Source: Chthonomonadaceae bacterium
GTDB lineage: Bacteria > Armatimonadota > Chthonomonadetes > Chthonomonadales > Chthonomonadaceae
Length of the DNA: 21,206 nucleotides
Assembly: GCA_035650735.1 (NCBI GenBank)
Contig: DASRGZ010000191.1
Location: 62,001 to 83,206, forward strand
Direction: 5' to 3'
Notes under the pieces: model-generated
Databases searched by the model: none
What the model saw: the letters and a program-made list of their open reading frames with translations, nothing else
Told to the model about the DNA's origin: nothing
Made by a program: the position numbers and the translations under genes
Part shown: positions 16,140 to 21,206 of the stretch, piece by piece
Numbering within the stretch: position 1 is the first letter of the stretch
Layout: every line of letters begins with the position of its first letter

Positions 16140-16576
16140 TCCTGCCCGCTTCTGGCCTGGTCTATGCCGACGCCAATACGGTAATCTATTCCATGCAGCG
16201 GCATCCGGTCTATTGGCCGCTGCTCAAACCATTCTGGCAAGCGGTTCGAACGACCGCACTGGAAGCTGTTGGCAGTGAACTCCTCCTGACGGAAACTCTG
16301 ATAGGCCCGCTCAGAGCTGGAGACTCAGCCTTACAAACGGCTTTTGAGCAAGCATTGCTCGCCTCCGACATACTTTTGCTCCCCATCACGCTCGCCGTTC
16401 TCCGAGAAGCGGCCCGCCTCCGCGCTGCCATCCCTGCCCTGCGTACTCCGAATGCCATTCATGCCGCGACCGCCATGATCTCCGGCTGCGTCCTCTTTCT
16501 GACTAATGACAACGGTTTCAAGGCTGTTCCCGGCTTGCCCGTTGTCACACTCGATGAGGTGCTTGCCGCACCCTGA
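16127..16576 (+). CDS. vapC: PIN-domain toxin (VapC family), with D-to-N at a conserved acidic position
   Basis: VYADANTVIY, SELLLTE, LRTPNAIHAATA (family pattern LRTPDAIHAATA) and FLTND. Confidence 0.88.
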   Translation: MGSLILPASGLVYADANTVIYSMQRHPVYWPLLKPFWQAVRTTALEAVGSELLLTETLIGPLRAGDSALQTAFEQALLASDILLLPITLAVLREAARLRAAIPALRTPNAIHAATAMISGCVLFLTNDNGFKAVPGLPVVTLDEVLAAP

Positions 16577-16585
16577 CACTCCGAT

Positions 16586-17410
16586 TTAGCGGAAGCCGCG
16601 CGCCAGAGAACCTATCAGCAGCGTCCAACCGTTGGCAAGCACGAAGAGCAGCAGCTTGGCCGGCAGGGAGACGACGACGGGCGGCAGCATCATCATACCC
16701 ATGCTCATCAGGGTCGAGGCGACGACCATATCAATAATGAGGAAGGGTAGGTAGATGTAGAAGCCGATGATAAAGGCCGTTTTTAGCTCGCTGGTGATGA
16801 ACGCGGGCGTGAGCGTCATCAGGCTCACGTCGTCCGGGCCATTGGGCTTGGGCGCTTTCGACAGATTGATGAAGAACGTCAGGTCGCTGGTATAGGTCTG
16901 GCGGATCATAAAATCGTGCAGCGGCTTTTCCGCCTTGTCGAGCGCCTGCGGCAGAGCGATCTTGTTGGCGAAGTAGGGCTGTAGGGCGTCCTGGTTGATC
17001 TTGGTGAAGACCGGCTGCATGATGAAAAACGTCAGGAACAGAGCCAGGCCCACCAGCACTTGATTGGGCGGGATCTGGGGTGTGCCCATTGCGCTGCGCA
17101 GGATCGAGAAGACGATGATCAGGCGCGTGAAGGCCGTCATCATGATCAGGATAGAGGGCGCCAGCGTCAGGATCGTCATCAGCAGCAGGACTTGGAGCGT
17201 AACGGCGACATCCTTCGGGTTTTTGGCCGTGTCTATCCCAACGGAGACTTTAGGCATCACCACGCCCTGCGCCCCGGCGCGCATGGCCGTCAGGAGCGCG
17301 CAGAGCAGGATGGCGCCGCAGGCCAGCCAGAGGGCGCGATTCCGCAGCAGCGTGCCGATAACGGCGCGCGGACGGCGCAGCAGCAGGGAGAGCGACTCAC
17401 GCACTGGCAT
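16586..17410 (-). CDS. fliP: Flagellar export pore protein FliP
   Basis: MTAFTRLIIV, PPNQVLVGLALFLT, SELKTAF, MGMMMLPP, LFVLANGW. Start ATG 17410 or GTG 17404, overlapping the fliO stop. Confidence 0.97.
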   Translation of the reverse strand: MPVRESLSLLLRRPRAVIGTLLRNRALWLACGAILLCALLTAMRAGAQGVVMPKVSVGIDTAKNPKDVAVTLQVLLLMTILTLAPSILIMMTAFTRLIIVFSILRSAMGTPQIPPNQVLVGLALFLTFFIMQPVFTKINQDALQPYFANKIALPQALDKAEKPLHDFMIRQTYTSDLTFFINLSKAPKPNGPDDVSLMTLTPAFITSELKTAFIIGFYIYLPFLIIDMVVASTLMSMGMMMLPPVVVSLPAKLLLFVLANGWTLLIGSLARGFR

Positions 17411-18497
17411 CTTCCTCTTCCTGCACCGTGCGCAGGCGGCGGGCGCGGCGAGCCACCGCGTCGCTGGTCTCGCGCATGGCCTCTTCCAGCGTACCGACCA
17501 TGGCAACCTCCGGCAGTTCCGGCTCGGCCAGGTCGAGGCTATCCATGTCGGCGGCAGCCGACTGGAGCAGGGCGCGAAAATCGCCGGGTTCGAACACCTC
17601 CGGCGCGGAGAACTCGGTCAGCAAACTGACGCCCGCGCTCGTCGCGCCGATAAGCAGCAGCTTCCCGCGCACCTCGATGAGATGGATGTTGGCGCCGCCG
17701 ATGGGCACCGACTCCACCAGGCGAATGTTGCAGCCGCCGTGCTGGCGTATGGTATTGAGATGGAATCCGCCGACGAGCGCGTTCATCAGCCCACCGCCCG
17801 GACGGCGAGGCCACGATGCTCCCACGCCGCCGGTGGCGCTCGCTGCCAGCCGTGCCGCTCCCGGCAAACGCCCGGTGCGCTCGTAGAAGCGGCGCAGCAG
17901 GTGCAGCCCACCCAGCGTCAATAGCAGCATCGGGAAGAGGTAGGCCAGCATTTTCCAGGCATCCCCGACCGCCGTCAGCGGGCTATCCTGCGTGCGATTA
18001 TGGGAAGCGGCCTCTGTTGCGCCGAAGGGATCGGGTTTGGTCACGCCGCCGAAAGGCTTCCCCACCGGTCGTGCAGAGGCAGTGATTGCGGGCGGACTTA
18101 ACGGAGCGGGCGCGGCGCTCTGTGCCCCGGCCAGAGACGCGCCGCCGGTCGTGGCGGCTTTCGCGGTTTCCGTCCGCTTCTCTGAAGACAACCCGGCCTG
18201 GCCGGCTTTCCATCGCCGCAGCCATTTCCGTCGCCACTCCTTGCGCCAGTCGGAATCCGAGGAGCTATCCTTGCCCGCGCGTGATTCGTGGCTTGCGCGT
18301 GGTGCCTCCTCCGAAGCGGAGCTATGCTTCCTCTCCGACCCAGCCTCCTGCGAGGAGGTATGCCTGTGGGAGTGTTTGTGGGAGTGCCAGGTGGACGACT
18401 CGGACTTCTCCGCCTGGCCTGCCAGGGACAGGACGGAGAGCGCCACGGCGCAGAGACCTGCCCACAGCCAGCGGGTAAGCGGAAGACGGGTTCTCAT
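17397..18497 (-). CDS. fliO: FliO/FliZ-family protein with long N-terminal extension
   Basis: Located between fliN/Y and fliP. One TM (MLAYLFPMLLLTLGGLHLL) followed by the FliO beta-domain IRLVESVPIGGANIHLIEVRGKLLLIGATSAGVSLL. Start MRTRL at 18497. Confidence 0.8.
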   Translation of the reverse strand: MRTRLPLTRWLWAGLCAVALSVLSLAGQAEKSESSTWHSHKHSHRHTSSQEAGSERKHSSASEEAPRASHESRAGKDSSSDSDWRKEWRRKWLRRWKAGQAGLSSEKRTETAKAATTGGASLAGAQSAAPAPLSPPAITASARPVGKPFGGVTKPDPFGATEAASHNRTQDSPLTAVGDAWKMLAYLFPMLLLTLGGLHLLRRFYERTGRLPGAARLAASATGGVGASWPRRPGGGLMNALVGGFHLNTIRQHGGCNIRLVESVPIGGANIHLIEVRGKLLLIGATSAGVSLLTEFSAPEVFEPGDFRALLQSAAADMDSLDLAEPELPEVAMVGTLEEAMRETSDAVARRARRLRTVQEEEDASA

Positions 18498-18501
18498 CAG
18501 G

Positions 18502-19551
18502 CTACCGGCCCTTTCCCAGACCGGCCACCCGATCCGCCGGGCTGATGATCTCGGTAATGCGAATGCCAAAGTTATCTTCGATGACGACTACCTCGCCCTT
18601 GGCGATCAGTCGCCCATTAACGAGCAGATCGACCGGCTCGCCCGCCACACGGTCGAGCTCGACGATGGAACCGGAAGCCAGCTCCAATACGTCCTTGATC
18701 AGCATGCGCACGCGGCCTAGCTCAACGGTGACATCTAGCGGGATGTCCAGAATCAGATCCAGCCCGCGCGGCATGGCCTCCTGCCCGGCGCTCGGGAACG
18801 GAGCAAAGGGGCTGCTTCCCGGCTGGGAGGGCATCGGGCCGCCGAAGGCATCGCCGGAAGCGGCAGGGGCCGAGGGGACGGTTCCGGCCCCCGCTGCGCC
18901 GCTCATGCCGCTGAGCATGGCGGCCAGTTCATCCTCTCCCAGGATGCCGCCGTGGCTGTCAGAGGGGTCTATGCCTATCTCAGTAGAGGAGCCGGTCGCC
19001 AGCGTCCGCGCTAGATCCGGCGTGAACAGGAACGTCAGCTCCGTATCTATCAGTCCAGGAATGTTCAGCGGCAGGCGCGCCTGAATGGCGACGCCGTCGA
19101 GCGCGAACACGGGCGGCAGGGCGATAGGCCCGATGGTGGTTGTACTGGCCTCCAGCTCCACCATGTCGCCAGTGAGGTTGGTCAGCGCCACGGCAAGGCC
19201 GCGCGCCAGACCGTTCATCGCGGCGGCGAGCTTCTCCATCTGCACATCGAGCAGCGTTACCGGCGGATCTATGCCTGCGTTGCCCTCGATCAGGTCTACA
19301 AAAAGGTGGCCGACTTCCTCGGAGACCAGAAAGACGCTTTCAGCGGAGAAGGGCGCGCTGAGATTGAACGTCGTTTGCGCGACGTTATCCGCACGGAATA
19401 GCAGATCCTGGATCGGCACCGGCTCAATTGTGGGCGAATCTAAGGTGAGATCGCGGTTGATCTGCTCGGCGAGGGCCAGGGCGAGATTCGGGCTTAATTG
19501 GGTAAGGAGGTCGCCGAGAGCGGCGACTTCGGCAAGCGTCAGATCGGGCAT
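18502..19551 (-). CDS. fliN: Flagellar switch protein FliN with N-terminal CheC-like domain (FliY-like architecture)
   Basis: C-terminal SpoA domain [17 protein letters not shown]...[29 protein letters not shown]. About 190-aa CheC-like N-terminal region. GGAGG RBS. Confidence 0.9.
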   Translation of the reverse strand: MPDLTLAEVAALGDLLTQLSPNLALALAEQINRDLTLDSPTIEPVPIQDLLFRADNVAQTTFNLSAPFSAESVFLVSEEVGHLFVDLIEGNAGIDPPVTLLDVQMEKLAAAMNGLARGLAVALTNLTGDMVELEASTTTIGPIALPPVFALDGVAIQARLPLNIPGLIDTELTFLFTPDLARTLATGSSTEIGIDPSDSHGGILGEDELAAMLSGMSGAAGAGTVPSAPAASGDAFGGPMPSQPGSSPFAPFPSAGQEAMPRGLDLILDIPLDVTVELGRVRMLIKDVLELASGSIVELDRVAGEPVDLLVNGRLIAKGEVVVIEDNFGIRITEIISPADRVAGLGKGR

Positions 19552-19617
19552 GAATAAACCTCCGGGGCGGAAAACCAGGCCACTACCGAAAGAAGAGCAA
19601 AGAGCAGTGGCGCCGCA

Positions 19618-20721
19618 TTAGCGCGCCGTAGCACGGTGGCGTGTGGAAGCAGCAAGATCGGCCGTCTCGGCCTCCTGGTTAATGCGGTTAATGTGGACGG
19701 CGAGCTTCTTGCCCCGAATGCCGGGGCGACCGTGGAACTTGACGCTGTTGCCGATGAGAACATCCACCTCTTCGTGCTGTTTGCGATCCAGGACCACGAC
19801 ATCGCCGACTTTGAGCTCCAGCAGCGTATTGACCGGCATCTGAGTGCTGCCCAGACGTACCGTACAGGTTATATGCGTTTTCTCCAGCCGCTTGGCCAGA
19901 ATGCCCGCAAACTTGCCCGTGTTCTTCTTGACGTTGCTGGAAAACCACCGCTGCGCGCTGAGCTTGGACGTGATGGGCTTGAGGAGCAGGTAGGGAATAC
20001 AAATACTCATGGCCCCGCGCATCTCGCCCACTTTAATCTCAAATAGAATCGAGACCACTACATCATTAGGCGGCACGATCTGGACGAACTGGCTCTGGGT
20101 CTCCATCACCTCGCGTTTGGGAGTGAATTGGGCGACGCCTTCCCAGGCGGTATGAAACTCCTTGAGAGCGCGGTTGACAATGCTTTCGGTCAGGGCCTTC
20201 TCGATGTCGGTGAGGATGTTGGCGTTCTTGACCATGCTGCCCGGCCCGCCTAGCAGACGATCAATCATGGAGAGGATAATGTTGAATTCAATTTCCAGGA
20301 TCGCCTGCCCGGCCAGCGGCGCCATACTGAATATATTGATGATGCTGCTGGTCAGCGAGCGCATGTACTCGTCGTAAGGTATCTGCTCGACGGAAACCAG
20401 GTCTACATGGACGGGCACGCGCAGATAGGCCGATAGCGAGGAGGCAAAGAGGCGCGCAAAGGTCTCGTGCACCATCTGTAGCGTACGCAGCTGATCCTTG
20501 GCGAACTTATCCGGGCGGCGGAAATCGTAAACCTCGTAAGCGATGAGGGGCCGGTTCTCCCGCTTGGCCGCCATCATGCCGCCCTCCATGCCGAACGTGT
20601 TGCGGGCGGGCTCGCGGGGAGGGCTGCCGGCGGGAGTGGGAGCGGAGGCGCTCATGGTTCCATCGCCAGTCAGGGAGGCTAGCAGCGCTTCGATTTCAGC
20701 CTGGGAAAGAATTTCAGCCAA
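19618..20721 (-). CDS. fliM: Flagellar motor switch protein FliM
   Basis: ILSQAEIEALL CheY-binding peptide, YDFRRPDKF, IDRLLGG and C-terminal SpoA domain. TTG start after GAGG. Confidence 0.97.
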   Translation of the reverse strand: MAEILSQAEIEALLASLTGDGTMSASAPTPAGSPPREPARNTFGMEGGMMAAKRENRPLIAYEVYDFRRPDKFAKDQLRTLQMVHETFARLFASSLSAYLRVPVHVDLVSVEQIPYDEYMRSLTSSIINIFSMAPLAGQAILEIEFNIILSMIDRLLGGPGSMVKNANILTDIEKALTESIVNRALKEFHTAWEGVAQFTPKREVMETQSQFVQIVPPNDVVVSILFEIKVGEMRGAMSICIPYLLLKPITSKLSAQRWFSSNVKKNTGKFAGILAKRLEKTHITCTVRLGSTQMPVNTLLELKVGDVVVLDRKQHEEVDVLIGNSVKFHGRPGIRGKKLAVHINRINQEAETADLAASTRHRATAR

Positions 20722-20948
20722 TGCCGTTCCTCATCAAAAGAAAGTCGGTATGGCGGGAGCACAGCCCGCGCGGCCTGTAGTCAATAATTGGGAGAGTATG
20801 CAGCATAGCCCCTGGCGGGCCGAACGCAAAAGCGAACCGGGTTGGAATGTGCGTGAAGGAGGCGGTAGATGGCAAAGCAATAGAAGAGATAACCGTTTGA
20901 TTCGCGCGCCCGCGTTTCGAGCGTCAGTTCACGCACCTTCCCCACTTA

Positions 20949-20976
20949 TTATTGGCCGAGTCTAACCGCTTCTTCA
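20949..20976 (-). promoter_or_regulatory. Possible sigma-28 (FliA/SigD)-type promoter upstream of fliM
   Basis: Minus strand TGAA-N16-GCCAATAA vs consensus TAAA-N15/16-GCCGATAA: one mismatch in each box. Confidence 0.4.
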
Positions 20977-21011
20977 GCCTGATTTGGAGTTGAATTTATT
21001 GGGAGAGGCCA

Positions 21012-21206
21012 GACCTCACCCCGGCCTACTGCAAGGGTCGGGCCTGCCATGGTTGGGCCACTGCAAGGGTCGCCGGAGTTACGGCCTCCGGCTCCGCCTA
21101 GCGACACCTTGCGACACGGCTCTGCCTTGCGACAGCCCTCCGCCTAGCGAGGCCACCCCTCTCCTTCGTAAGGAGAGGGGCCTGACAGGAAGCACTCTCC
21201 CCTCTC
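21012..21206. repeat. Composite palindromic intergenic repeat (CCTCACCCC...CCCCTCTCC/GGAGAGGGG type), truncated by window edge
   Basis: Perfect 11-bp stem CCCCTCTCCTT-cgt-AAGGAGAGGGG at 21156-21180. Internal duplications ACTGCAAGGGTCG (21028, 21060), CTCCGCCTAGCGA (21092, 21138) and CCTTGCGACA (21107, 21125). Confidence 0.7.

Noticed and set aside
20543..20965. 140-aa + strand ORF overlapping the fliM start
   Set aside because: Antisense to fliM and its leader, with no recognisable protein features.

Overview
GC-rich bacterial chromosomal window. An Armatimonadota-like host is my impression from gene style, not something the sequence demonstrates. Left to right: (1) the 3' end of a Corallina/cyanobacterial-type vanadium haloperoxidase gene, a probable tyrosine-integrase remnant and a small Thr/Ser/Gly-rich lipoprotein; (2) a carbohydrate-catabolism neighbourhood with a secreted GH99/GH71-like hydrolase, three Gfo/Idh/MocA oxidoreductases, a TIM-barrel sugar isomerase/epimerase and NAD kinase; (3) a + strand run of PhyH-family dioxygenase, a 132-aa hypothetical protein, two paralogous tandem-YbjQ (UPF0145-like) proteins and a HEAT-repeat protein; (4) a REP/REPIN-like double-hairpin inverted repeat; (5) a minus-strand flagellar cluster fliM-fliN/Y-fliO-fliP-fliQ-fliR-flhB, interrupted between fliP and fliQ by an antisense antitoxin/PIN-toxin pair whose toxin has a D-to-N change at a conserved acidic residue. 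The best candidates for undescribed biology are the YbjQ x2/HEAT module, the antisense TA inside the flagellar operon, and a FliY-like switch protein that appears to lack phosphatase motifs but carries an internal CheY-binding-like peptide. All calls come from motif reading by eye; no searches were run.
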